A DNA stretch of 64,000 nucleotides from a virus. The translations under genes and the position numbers were made by a program. The stretch covers positions 1 through 64,000 of the IMG/VR virus record IMGVR_UViG_3300042509_002208, one strand, 5' to 3'. Below, piece after piece: positions 54,307 to 62,932 of the stretch. The notes under the pieces were generated by a model that did no database searches, was not told the origin of the DNA, and saw only the letters and a list, made by a program, of their open reading frames with translations. Within the stretch, counting starts at the first letter, position 1. The number at the start of each line of letters is the position of its first letter.

Positions 54307-55873
54307 CACAACGCTGACAGCCATACGCGAAATACCTTTCACTACGATTCTGCAAAAAGAGAATATATCATTTAAAAAGATCGGCAAAGAAGCAGTTACA
54401 TTATGTCCATGGCACAATGACAGTAATCCGTCGATGACGGTTAGCGATGAAAAGAACTTGTGTTATTGCTTTGTCTGTCAATATGGCACTGATACTATTG
54501 GGTTCCTGCAGCAAAAGCTAGGGCTTGACTTCAGTGATGCAGTTCATCGCATAGCTAATTGCGGCGATCTTGTCGTAGAATATGACAACATCGACCCCAA
54601 GCTTGCCGTCCAGGAAGCCAAGAGAAGAGCGGAGCTGTTTGACAAAACCAACAGACAACAAGAGAATTTCCGTAAAAATATAACCGATGCGAGAGCTATT
54701 CGTATCCATCAAATCTTAGAAGAGAGAGATATAGCTCCCTCGACAAGTCGTCACTTTGGGCTTGGGTATGCAATCGATGGCTTTTTTGCTGATCGCATTA
54801 CTGTTCCAATTCATGACCATCAAGGTTACTTAGTTGGATTCACCGGACGGGCAACAAGAGATGAAGCAAAGCCAAAGTATAAGAACTCTGAAAACGGTGA
54901 GATATTTGACAAATCAAGAATTGTTTATAATGAATACAGAGCGAGCGAAGCTATCAGGGAAGCTGACAGCGTTATCTTTGTTGAAGGGCATTTTGACGTT
55001 ATTAGCTTGTGGCAGCACGGGATCCGTAATGTTGTAGCAATGCAGGGGACCGCCCCACCCAGTGAAGCTATCCTGAAAAGACTGTCTAGAAAGACGAAAC
55101 GATTCATCTTATGCTACGACAGCGATGAAGGTGGAACTAAAGCTATCGAGAACTTCATCAAGGTAGCCGGACCCGCCGCTTGCAGAGGTGAGATAACAAT
55201 ATCTGTGGCTGAGTTGCCTGATGGAATGGATCCCGATGAGTGCATCAGAGATGAATCTATCGATTTCTTTTCTATTATCGAGAATTCGGTTTCATGGCTT
55301 GACTGGCAGTTGGATGTATGGCTTGCCAACGTAGATAGGACAGATACGGCAAAGTTCATTCAGATAGAAACTAGTGTCAGGCAGTTGGTTGAATCTATCA
55401 ATTCGCCTAGTTTGCGTCAATACTATATTGACAAGGCCTCCAAAATTTTGGCTGCAAATCAAAAGTCTGCCGCAAAAATTGCTAAGGAGTGGTCCGAGAA
55501 TATTAAAGTAGTCAGATTAAAAAGAACATGGACAAAGCCAACACCTGCGGAAACAAGGATTGGGGCTGAAAAGAAGTTGCTGCGGATGTACATCCACATA
55601 CCAGAACTGCGGGAAGAGTGCCGCAAGTTGATGGATCGACTGCAATCCCCTAGTCATAGGTGGCTGTGGCAGAGGATCAATGAATTGGAGGAGCACGACA
55701 CCAGACCGCTAGAGCCAGAAGCTGTAATGGCGGTCTTGGCGGTATGCGAGCCCTATTACACCAGGCAGTTGCGACCTATAGCGGTTCCTACAATAAAAGT
55801 GCTGAATAACTCAGGCATCCTTAAACACATTCAAAAAACACTGAGTGAGGAGTTGACGATCAATGGCATCTAG
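54293..55873 (+). CDS. dnaG: DNA primase
   Basis: CHC2 finger CPWH...CFVC, KYKNS, TOPRIM VEGHFDV, DSDEGG, DPDE. Confidence 0.93.
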   Translation: MIISDTTLTAIREIPFTTILQKENISFKKIGKEAVTLCPWHNDSNPSMTVSDEKNLCYCFVCQYGTDTIGFLQQKLGLDFSDAVHRIANCGDLVVEYDNIDPKLAVQEAKRRAELFDKTNRQQENFRKNITDARAIRIHQILEERDIAPSTSRHFGLGYAIDGFFADRITVPIHDHQGYLVGFTGRATRDEAKPKYKNSENGEIFDKSRIVYNEYRASEAIREADSVIFVEGHFDVISLWQHGIRNVVAMQGTAPPSEAILKRLSRKTKRFILCYDSDEGGTKAIENFIKVAGPAACRGEITISVAELPDGMDPDECIRDESIDFFSIIENSVSWLDWQLDVWLANVDRTDTAKFIQIETSVRQLVESINSPSLRQYYIDKASKILAANQKSAAKIAKEWSENIKVVRLKRTWTKPTPAETRIGAEKKLLRMYIHIPELREECRKLMDRLQSPSHRWLWQRINELEEHDTRPLEPEAVMAVLAVCEPYYTRQLRPIAVPTIKVLNNSGILKHIQKTLSEELTINGI

Positions 55874-56102
55874 GAACAACAATCGCCCCGTCGAGTATGT
55901 TATGTACACCATGAACGGGTGCCCTTTTTGCAATCAGGCAAAGGCGCTGTTTGAATATTATGGCGTGAATTATGAGACTAAATACGAGAAAGCACCTGAT
56001 TGGGATACTTTTCCAGGTATCTATAAGGTCACAGAAGAGGGGCCAAAGCTGATCGGTGGCTTTACCGAATTGGCAAAGTATTCATATGACAATGGCTTAT
56101 AG
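55863..56102 (+). CDS. glutaredoxin
   Basis: CPFC, TFP, IGGFTEL. Confidence 0.9.
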   Translation: MASRNNNRPVEYVMYTMNGCPFCNQAKALFEYYGVNYETKYEKAPDWDTFPGIYKVTEEGPKLIGGFTELAKYSYDNGL

Positions 56103-56105
56103 GTA

Positions 56106-56336
56106 ATGGACGCCGGTCTCCTGGCAGTACTAGTCGCAATTCTCGCATTCTACCTAGTCCTGCCAGTTGACTTTTACCTGTTGACAGAGACTTGCTTGGT
56201 TACGCTGAGACTGGTGGTACTTAACTACTACCTAATGTTTCAGGCGTGGCGGTTGCATCGTCTAATCTGCAAGGATCTGGCTAGAATTGGAATGGCTAAG
56301 CCGGCATTTAAGTTCACCCCGATCTGGGAAAGGTAA
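56106..56336 (+). CDS. small membrane protein
   Basis: Hydrophobic N-terminus. Confidence 0.65.
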   Translation: MDAGLLAVLVAILAFYLVLPVDFYLLTETCLVTLRLVVLNYYLMFQAWRLHRLICKDLARIGMAKPAFKFTPIWER

Positions 56337-56467
56337 TGGCAACCAAGAAGACCCTCACTGGAAACAACCGCCCAATGGAGCGGATCGGCAAAATTACCCA
56401 CCAAGGAAGCGGCTTAAGATCCCGCCCAAAGCGTGGTAAGAAACGCTACAGGGGCCAGGGGCGCTGA
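56336..56467 (+). CDS. 43-aa basic protein ending YRGQGR (not in ORF track)
   Basis: MATKKTLTGNNRPMERIGKITHQGSGLRSRPKRGKKRYRGQGR*, coupled at both ends. Confidence 0.75.
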   Translation: MATKKTLTGNNRPMERIGKITHQGSGLRSRPKRGKKRYRGQGR

Positions 56468-56748
56468 TGTCACAAGGATCCGTCTCTAATTATCAAATTC
56501 AAGAAGCAGTTGATTCAATCTATGCAATGATCAAAGAGGGGAAGCTTGCTCAAGCTTTATCTCTTTTGTATTTCATGCATAAATTGAATTTATTAGAATG
56601 GGTCCTAGTTAAAAGAGAATTGATTTCTTCTGCTAATACTGTAAAAAAACTGCAGTTAATAGCAACGCTACTAGAAGCATCAAAGAAATCAACACTAGCA
56701 GAATCAAGTGTTTTGGTCCCAGGTTTAATCTGCGATCCAAGGGACTAA
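56467..56748 (+). CDS. hypothetical protein
   Basis: TGATG coupling. Confidence 0.6.
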   Translation: MSQGSVSNYQIQEAVDSIYAMIKEGKLAQALSLLYFMHKLNLLEWVLVKRELISSANTVKKLQLIATLLEASKKSTLAESSVLVPGLICDPRD

Positions 56749-56804
56749 AATTAGCCTAACAACGCTGTTAAAAGCGGCAGTCTATCTTCGCATCTCCAAA
56801 AACA

Positions 56805-59159
56805 ATGGCAGAATTTAGTTCTTTTGCCCCGTCTGCTCCTGCTGTTTTTTACCGCTCTTATTCTCGCAGAAAAGAGGACGGAACTCGGGAAAATTTCGCT
56901 GAAGCGATTCATCGGACTATTACAGATATTGCTGATATTGGTCATTTCACCAAAGAGCAGCTCGACATGGCCCTTGAGATGGGCCTCAAGCAGCATTGCT
57001 TCCCCAGTGGTCGATCTCTTTGGGTCGCGGGCACAGAGTGGGGCAAGAAGCCGGAAAATTTCCCCGGTTACTACAACTGCTGCTCGATGCACGTCGATGA
57101 CGTTTCCATCTTTGGCTTGCTCATGGAGCTTGCAATGATGGGTACTGGCACGGGCGCTGTGCTGGAACTTGATGTGATTCGCAGGCTTCCTGAAGTCAAG
57201 CGTGGCCTGCATTGCGAAATTGTCAAGCAAAACGAAGGAGCGAAAGGTGGTCGTGCTCAGACTGAAATTAAACTGATTGGGATTAAAGACGAGAATCCAA
57301 CCATTCTGGTCTCCGTTGGCGATTCCCGTCAGGGCTGGGCTTCTGCCTACCAGGGCTTGATCGAGCTTGCGATGGGCACTCCTGCAGAAGGAGAAGAGGA
57401 AGAGACGACTTGCATTGACGCTAATATCGTCCTGGACTTGAGCCAGGTACGTCAGGCCGGTGAGCCCCTCAAAGGCTTCGGTGGAACCGCGAACCCTGTT
57501 CGCTTACAAGACACCATGGAGCGAGCCATGGCGATCCTTACAAAAGCAGTAGGACGCAAGCTCACTTCGATCGAATGTTGTCTGTTGATCGACGAAGCGG
57601 CTAGCGCAGTTGTGGCCGGTAATATCCGTCGCAGCGCCGGGATGCGTCAATTTACCGCTGAAGACAAGGCGGCAGCAGTGGCTAAAGACGGTCTTTATAA
57701 GCAAGACGAAGAGGGCAACTGGAGCGTTGATCCAGAGAAAGAAGCTCTGCGGATGGCTAACCATACGCGCTGCTTCCACCAGAAGCCCATGCTGCAAGAC
57801 ATCAAGGACGCTGTTACGAAGCAGTTCTGGTCTGGCGAAGGCGCTATCCAGTATGTGCCTGAGATGGTTGCCAGATCCAATGCGGACCTGCTGGATTCGC
57901 CGGAGAAAAAGGCTAATTTCCTTGATATTTATGTGAAGTTCAGCAAGAATCACGCTGCTGAATACTTGCGGACGCTTGCTACGGAAGCGGGCGAACCGAC
58001 TGATGATCGGATTATTCAGCATCGGATTGAGCGTTATGGTTTGAATCCCTGCGGTGAAATCAGCCTCCGGGATAATTTGTGCAATCTCTCCGAGATTCAT
58101 TTGAATACAATTGATCCGAAGGATCTTGAACTTCAACGCAAGGCTTTCTATGTAGGCGGTTTACAGGTTGCGGCTCTGCTGAACCATAAATTTGTCCCTG
58201 AAAGGCTTGCCTATAGCCGTGAGAATGATCCCATCGTCGGCGTATCATTCACTGGCCTGTTTGACTTCTTCGTTCATGCATTTGGGGCTGAATGGCTTGG
58301 GTGGATGATGAAAGGTCGTCCAACCGGTCAGGCATTCAAAAAGTTCACCCAGAAGGAAGAAGCCTTCCTTAAACTCTGGAAAGAAGCCGCCGAGCAAGGC
58401 GTTAAGGACTACTGCCAGCAACAAGGGCTCCGACTCCCGAACCGCTACACCACTGTGCAACCCGCCGGCTCCAAGAGCTTGTTGACTGGTGCTTCCCCTG
58501 GCTGGCATCCTCCTAAGGCACAACGCTTCATTCGCCGGATCACCTTTGGTGTCAACGATCCCCTTGTTAGCGCATTGCGTGATTATGGATACAACGTCAT
58601 CCCAGCCCAAAGCGCACGAGACGAAGAAGGGAATCTCCTGGACGACATCTCTGATCCCAGGGTTCAAGAGGTTTTGGTTGAGATTCCAACTGAAGTTTCT
58701 TGGGCGAATTTACCTGGCTGTGATGAGCATGATCTGAGCCAGCTTCCTGTTAGTGCTCAATGGGGCCTGTATATGCAAGTCCAAAATCACTACACAACCC
58801 ACAACACCTCTGCCACTCTTGAGTTCCGGGAAGCTGAAATCCCTGTCCTTAGTCAGCTAATCTATGACAATATCAGGCAGGATGGTGGATACATCTCTGC
58901 TGCACTCTTGGCTCGCTTCGATGCGAACGAGACATTCCCTCGTTTGCCATTTGAACCAATCAGCAAAGAAACGTTCCAACGAAGAATGGCAGCAGTCGCG
59001 GCTGTTCGGAGTGGATTAGCTGAACATGTGACGATGCTTGACCTGCTTCAGCAGTACGATCGCCCTGATTATGAGCTGAAAGGGGCCGCTGGTTGCGATT
59101 CCGCGAAATGCTTAAGTGAATCTGACAAAGACAAGGATCAGATTGGGCAACTGATCTAA
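56805..59159 (+). CDS. nrdJ: class II (adenosylcobalamin-dependent) ribonucleotide reductase
   Basis: FPSGRSLW, YNCC, VVAGNIRRSA, NPCGEI, TVQPAGSKSLL, C-terminal GCDSAKC; no class I small subunit nearby. Confidence 0.92.
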   Translation: MAEFSSFAPSAPAVFYRSYSRRKEDGTRENFAEAIHRTITDIADIGHFTKEQLDMALEMGLKQHCFPSGRSLWVAGTEWGKKPENFPGYYNCCSMHVDDVSIFGLLMELAMMGTGTGAVLELDVIRRLPEVKRGLHCEIVKQNEGAKGGRAQTEIKLIGIKDENPTILVSVGDSRQGWASAYQGLIELAMGTPAEGEEEETTCIDANIVLDLSQVRQAGEPLKGFGGTANPVRLQDTMERAMAILTKAVGRKLTSIECCLLIDEAASAVVAGNIRRSAGMRQFTAEDKAAAVAKDGLYKQDEEGNWSVDPEKEALRMANHTRCFHQKPMLQDIKDAVTKQFWSGEGAIQYVPEMVARSNADLLDSPEKKANFLDIYVKFSKNHAAEYLRTLATEAGEPTDDRIIQHRIERYGLNPCGEISLRDNLCNLSEIHLNTIDPKDLELQRKAFYVGGLQVAALLNHKFVPERLAYSRENDPIVGVSFTGLFDFFVHAFGAEWLGWMMKGRPTGQAFKKFTQKEEAFLKLWKEAAEQGVKDYCQQQGLRLPNRYTTVQPAGSKSLLTGASPGWHPPKAQRFIRRITFGVNDPLVSALRDYGYNVIPAQSARDEEGNLLDDISDPRVQEVLVEIPTEVSWANLPGCDEHDLSQLPVSAQWGLYMQVQNHYTTHNTSATLEFREAEIPVLSQLIYDNIRQDGGYISAALLARFDANETFPRLPFEPISKETFQRRMAAVAAVRSGLAEHVTMLDLLQQYDRPDYELKGAAGCDSAKCLSESDKDKDQIGQLI

Positions 59160-59203
59160 GGCGTTTATGGATCGTTAGACTGGACAAGATCCAGGCTACC
59201 CCT

Positions 59204-59452
59204 GTGCCAAGTCGCAGAGATCCACCTAAGTGCCATAAGCATTACAGCCCGGAAGTCCAACAGGCTGTAATGCATTTTCAAGATATGTGGGCTGTTTATA
59301 CGAATTCTACTTTCTATGAACTGAAAGAGAATGACTACCGGGTAGTCGCCGTACAAACAGCCTTCAATCAACTTGTTAGAGCGCGTAAACGCGAAACAGG
59401 TACTGGTTTTTACTTGACAGCACAGGAGTACAAAGATGTCAACAATCTGTGA
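59204..59452 (+). CDS. hypothetical protein
   Basis: 82-aa ORF filling the gap. Confidence 0.55.
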   Translation: MPSRRDPPKCHKHYSPEVQQAVMHFQDMWAVYTNSTFYELKENDYRVVAVQTAFNQLVRARKRETGTGFYLTAQEYKDVNNL

Positions 59453-60053
59453 TTATCAGATTGCTCAATATGCAAAGAAAGGGCTCATTGAACCCTTCAA
59501 TGAGAAACAGGTTAATCCTGCATCTTATGATGTCAGACTGAATGGCTGCTTGCTGCTTGAGCACGAGCCGGACAAAGATTACCCAGAAGAATCGCTAAAG
59601 TGCGATTGTAGATGGGTCAAGCATATCTGTGATGAAGGTGGTTACCTTCTGAAGCCTGGTGAGTTTGTACTGGGCTGCACGGAAGAGTTCTTCAGTGTAC
59701 CACCAGAACTCGAAGCTGTGTTTCAGCTCAAATCTTCCCGTGGAAGAGAGGGATTTGAACATGTGCTGAGTGGTTACATTGACCCAGGATTCTCTGGTAG
59801 ATTGACATTGGAATTAGTAAATGTCAACAGATACCATGATTTACTATTGCTTCCTGGAATGCTAATTGGGCAAGTCCGTTTTATGAAACTGGACGAACGT
59901 CCCAGGAGAGACTACTCACAAACTGGTCATTATCAAAATGACACAAATGTGCAGTATTCAAAAGTAGATGTCTTTGGTAATCAGGCTCAAGACCAAGAGC
60001 GAGGCTCGTTTGGTGTGTCGATTGCCGAGGCTGGTGTATTCCCGGAATCCTAG
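59436..60053 (+). CDS. dcd: dCTP deaminase
   Basis: NPASYDVRL, KSSRGREG, IDPGFSGRLTLEL, IGQ. Confidence 0.9.
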   Translation: MSTICDYQIAQYAKKGLIEPFNEKQVNPASYDVRLNGCLLLEHEPDKDYPEESLKCDCRWVKHICDEGGYLLKPGEFVLGCTEEFFSVPPELEAVFQLKSSRGREGFEHVLSGYIDPGFSGRLTLELVNVNRYHDLLLLPGMLIGQVRFMKLDERPRRDYSQTGHYQNDTNVQYSKVDVFGNQAQDQERGSFGVSIAEAGVFPES

Positions 60054-60073
60054 ATGAGTCAAGGCGAGATGCC
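60044..60073 (+). promoter_or_regulatory. GGNANNCTA motif plus GAGAT-pentaloop hairpin upstream of portal
   Basis: GGAATCCTA (60044-60052) and GGC-GAGAT-GCC (60063-60073). Confidence 0.6.
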
Positions 60074-60097
60074 GGCCAGTAGTAGGCGCTATGCCCC

Positions 60098-61585
60098 ATG
60101 CATATTGTGCATCCAGTTAACGATCCTGCTCTAGTCAGTTATCACCGGCCTGAGCTGGTCGATTTGCTGCCAGGCCTAGAGCTGGCTTTAGATTGCTGGA
60201 ATCTGCTGAGCACAACAGGTCGCGGCTCCGTAAAAGGCAAGTATCTAGGCAAAGAACCTGGCGAGCCCTCCAAGGCGTATGAAGCACGTCTTGGTAGATC
60301 GACATATACACCGATTTATCGCGATTCAATCAAGGCCTATGCAGGGTTATTGAATCGCTTTCAACTGGTCGATGTTCCGCCTAGCCTGCTGAATTCTGAG
60401 ACCAATGTAGACCTGCAGGGCTCAAGCGTCCAGAGTTTTTGGAATCGCTGTGACGAAAACGCCATCAGAGACGGTGGCGTTTATGTCATGGTTGACATGA
60501 TGCCGGAAGTTGCGGATAAAACTAACTTCTTTGATCAACAGCGTGACGGAAGGCATCCCTATCTAATCATGGTAGAACGGAAGGATGTCATCAACTGGTC
60601 TGTCGAATACAAGAACGGCAGAGAATCAATACAACATGCGACAATCCGCCAGGTTAAGTCGTTTCCGATTGAAAACGGATACGGCACCAAGCTTGAGCCT
60701 GTCTACTACGTATTGAAGCCAAATCTGGTAGAAGAGTACCGTCTTCAGAAAAAAGATGGCAAGTGGTTCCAGGTTTTAACTGACAGGGTACAGACAACGC
60801 TGCCTGTTGTACCCCTTGTTTGGTACGGTGCCTCCTCCAGCAGATTTGCTCAGGGCGACATCCCGATGAATGGACTTGCCGAATTAAGCATCCAGCACTT
60901 CCAGATGAGGTCCGACCTGACCGAGCTGCTGCACAAGTGTGCCATGCCCGTGCCTGTCAGGAAGGGCGCCCCTGTTGGACCTGATGGGCGGCCTGCACCC
61001 TTGGTGCTTGGTCCGAATACTGCGGTTGATCTTCCTGGTGAAGGTGGTGAATTCAGCTTTGCTGAGCCAACTGGCAAGAGCCTTGAGCGCCATCAGGCCG
61101 AAATCAATCATATCGAATCCTTGATGGATCGGTCTGGATTGAACTTCCTGTACGGTGCCAATATCAAGACGGCTACGGAGGCTTCTCTGCGTGCGTCCCA
61201 GGTCGCCTCACAGGTTTCGGCTATCGTCCGCAACAAGACCAGTGCTTTCTCTACGGTGATGAGGCTTTGGGCCGCCTATGCGGGTGAGATTGACTCGATC
61301 AATCCAGAGTCCGGTATCGCAATCAATGATTCGCTAATTAACCGCCCGATTGATCCTAGTGGTATCGCTCAATTAGTAAACCTGTTTAATGCAGGTCTGC
61401 TGAGCCGCGAAACGGTTCTTAGTGAGCTGCAGAGAGGCGGGGTTCTTGATCCTGATATCAAAATTGTTGAAGAACAGAACAGAATCACCGAGGAAGAGCA
61501 GAAGAGACTGGATGAGCAAGTCGCTGTCGCTGAAGCTGCCAGGAATACCGAACCTGTAACTCAGAATCCGTTGGCAAACCAGTAA
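60098..61585 (+). CDS. portal protein (DUF4055-type)
   Basis: YL.KEPGE....Y.ARL, NVDLQG, VINW, LAEL.I.HFQ..SD...LLH, KTATEA, LSRET.L.ELQRG. Confidence 0.85.
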   Translation: MHIVHPVNDPALVSYHRPELVDLLPGLELALDCWNLLSTTGRGSVKGKYLGKEPGEPSKAYEARLGRSTYTPIYRDSIKAYAGLLNRFQLVDVPPSLLNSETNVDLQGSSVQSFWNRCDENAIRDGGVYVMVDMMPEVADKTNFFDQQRDGRHPYLIMVERKDVINWSVEYKNGRESIQHATIRQVKSFPIENGYGTKLEPVYYVLKPNLVEEYRLQKKDGKWFQVLTDRVQTTLPVVPLVWYGASSSRFAQGDIPMNGLAELSIQHFQMRSDLTELLHKCAMPVPVRKGAPVGPDGRPAPLVLGPNTAVDLPGEGGEFSFAEPTGKSLERHQAEINHIESLMDRSGLNFLYGANIKTATEASLRASQVASQVSAIVRNKTSAFSTVMRLWAAYAGEIDSINPESGIAINDSLINRPIDPSGIAQLVNLFNAGLLSRETVLSELQRGGVLDPDIKIVEEQNRITEEEQKRLDEQVAVAEAARNTEPVTQNPLANQ

Positions 61586-61604
61586 GTAGCTTATATAAAT
61601 AAGC

Positions 61605-61841
61605 ATGCTATATTTAGTTAGAGATGCTCGTCCCGTGATTTTAGCTCGTTTTGAATTTAGACCCGAAGAAGCGCATCGCTTTATAGAGTCTTCAGATTCT
61701 TCTCAAAATATCATAGAGCAGATTTTTGTGTCGGTCGACGACCTGATCGAAACGACCAAGGAATTTGAGCCCTATCTGCTTGACTGCACGGCGCTTGTCA
61801 ATGGTAGAATGCTTTGCCTAAGCTCTTTTAAGACTACATGA
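61605..61841 (+). CDS. hypothetical protein
   Basis: ORF coupled to the next gene. Confidence 0.6.
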   Translation: MLYLVRDARPVILARFEFRPEEAHRFIESSDSSQNIIEQIFVSVDDLIETTKEFEPYLLDCTALVNGRMLCLSSFKTT

Positions 61842-62206
61842 GCCATCCAATGCCGCAAGGCAAATGGATAAAATCACCGGGTGGTAGTTTCGCTTACCAA
61901 GTCATAGGTCCTGTCTGTCGGCTTTATGACAGGGAAGAGCTTCCTTGGCCCTGTTGCCGGCTTGGTTGGAAAACGAAAGAACCAAGCTGGAACAGAGTAG
62001 GCAAAAGATTTGTTGCGGACATTGCTGCGTCCAGGTGTCCAAGCTACGCTGTAATGGCTATAGACCAATGGGGGAACGAATGGGAGCAGGTGCTGACCCT
62101 TTACAGCCACAGGCTGAGCCAGAACGAGAAGGACTGGTGGATAACGAAGAAGCCCCAGGACAAGCCGTTCCCAGAATTAGAGGTCTTAACTGGACGGAAA
62201 TTTTAA
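61838..62206 (+). CDS. conserved hypothetical protein, possibly host-derived
   Basis: GPVCRLYDREELPWPCCRL.W..KEPSWNRVG.RFVAD resembles, from memory, a picocyanobacterial hypothetical family. Confidence 0.65.
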   Translation: MSHPMPQGKWIKSPGGSFAYQVIGPVCRLYDREELPWPCCRLGWKTKEPSWNRVGKRFVADIAASRCPSYAVMAIDQWGNEWEQVLTLYSHRLSQNEKDWWITKKPQDKPFPELEVLTGRKF

Positions 62207-62283
62207 GAAAAACTGGGCTGGAGACACCTGGATACCACGAAACAATAGCTAAGATGAAGAAAGAAGGAAGGATCAAAGGCTGA
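62137..62283 (+). CDS. small hypothetical protein (NWTEILRK.GLE.PGY)
   Basis: GTG at 62137 after AAGGA; stop coupled to the next ATG. Confidence 0.5.
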   Translation: MDNEEAPGQAVPRIRGLNWTEILRKTGLETPGYHETIAKMKKEGRIKG

Positions 62284-62714
62284 TGGGGCTCTATTCGACT
62301 GTCTATAGTTCATTCGAAAGGCTCGGCACTGAATTCCTCGGTGAGTTCCAAACCAAGGACTTGGAATCATTGATGGAAGAATATTGGCTATCGCCAAACG
62401 GGGAACTGTTCTTCCTGAACTATTCAAACTGCTTTGAGGCTTTTGTTAACGATTTCCCGAAGAACTTTCTTGACCATATTAGGTATGAGCCCACTGGGTC
62501 TCATGCCAAAATGGAGCCGTGTGCTTACAATGGCTTGCTGACAATTTATACAGGTCGCAACAACGAGTGGATTGAAGCCGATCTTTACCTTCAAGACGGC
62601 ATTGTCTCGTTAATATTAGACAAGAGACACACTCCATCAAAACGTGAGCGATCTGCTGCAGGATCAGTACAACCGCTATCGTCGGGCTGGGCAGCTAATA
62701 GCGGCCTATCTTGA
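62283..62714 (+). CDS. hypothetical phage protein
   Basis: MGLYSTV...FQTKDL...Y..SP.G.L pattern. Confidence 0.7.
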   Translation: MGLYSTVYSSFERLGTEFLGEFQTKDLESLMEEYWLSPNGELFFLNYSNCFEAFVNDFPKNFLDHIRYEPTGSHAKMEPCAYNGLLTIYTGRNNEWIEADLYLQDGIVSLILDKRHTPSKRERSAAGSVQPLSSGWAANSGLS

Positions 62715-62862
62715 GCGCCCTGGTAGCGACTTCCTAAGAAAAGCTGAAGATGCTGGTGTCCTAGATGAGGCAGAATTCCTGCTGGAGGAGACCCGTGCCT
62801 GGCTGGATGACGACGACTACTACGAGGATCTGGCCTGGAATAGGGTCAATGGAACCCTCTAG
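62644..62862 (+). CDS. hypothetical protein
   Basis: 72-aa acidic ORF. Confidence 0.55.
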   Translation: MSDLLQDQYNRYRRAGQLIAAYLERPGSDFLRKAEDAGVLDEAEFLLEETRAWLDDDDYYEDLAWNRVNGTL

Positions 62863-62877
62863 CCTTTTGCCTCGGGG

Positions 62878-62906
62878 TTGACAGAAGCAGGCTCAGGGGT
62901 TATGGT
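62878..62906 (+). promoter_or_regulatory. sigma70-type early promoter
   Basis: TTGACA-17 nt-TATGGT, 26 nt before ATG 62933. Confidence 0.7.
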
Positions 62907-62932
62907 ATGGGAGTAATTGGCGGGTTTCACCC

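Noticed and set aside
56805-59159. Intein or intron in RNR, TerL or helicase
   Set aside because: ORFs are continuous and of ordinary length; no intein terminal motifs or homing-nuclease insert seen.
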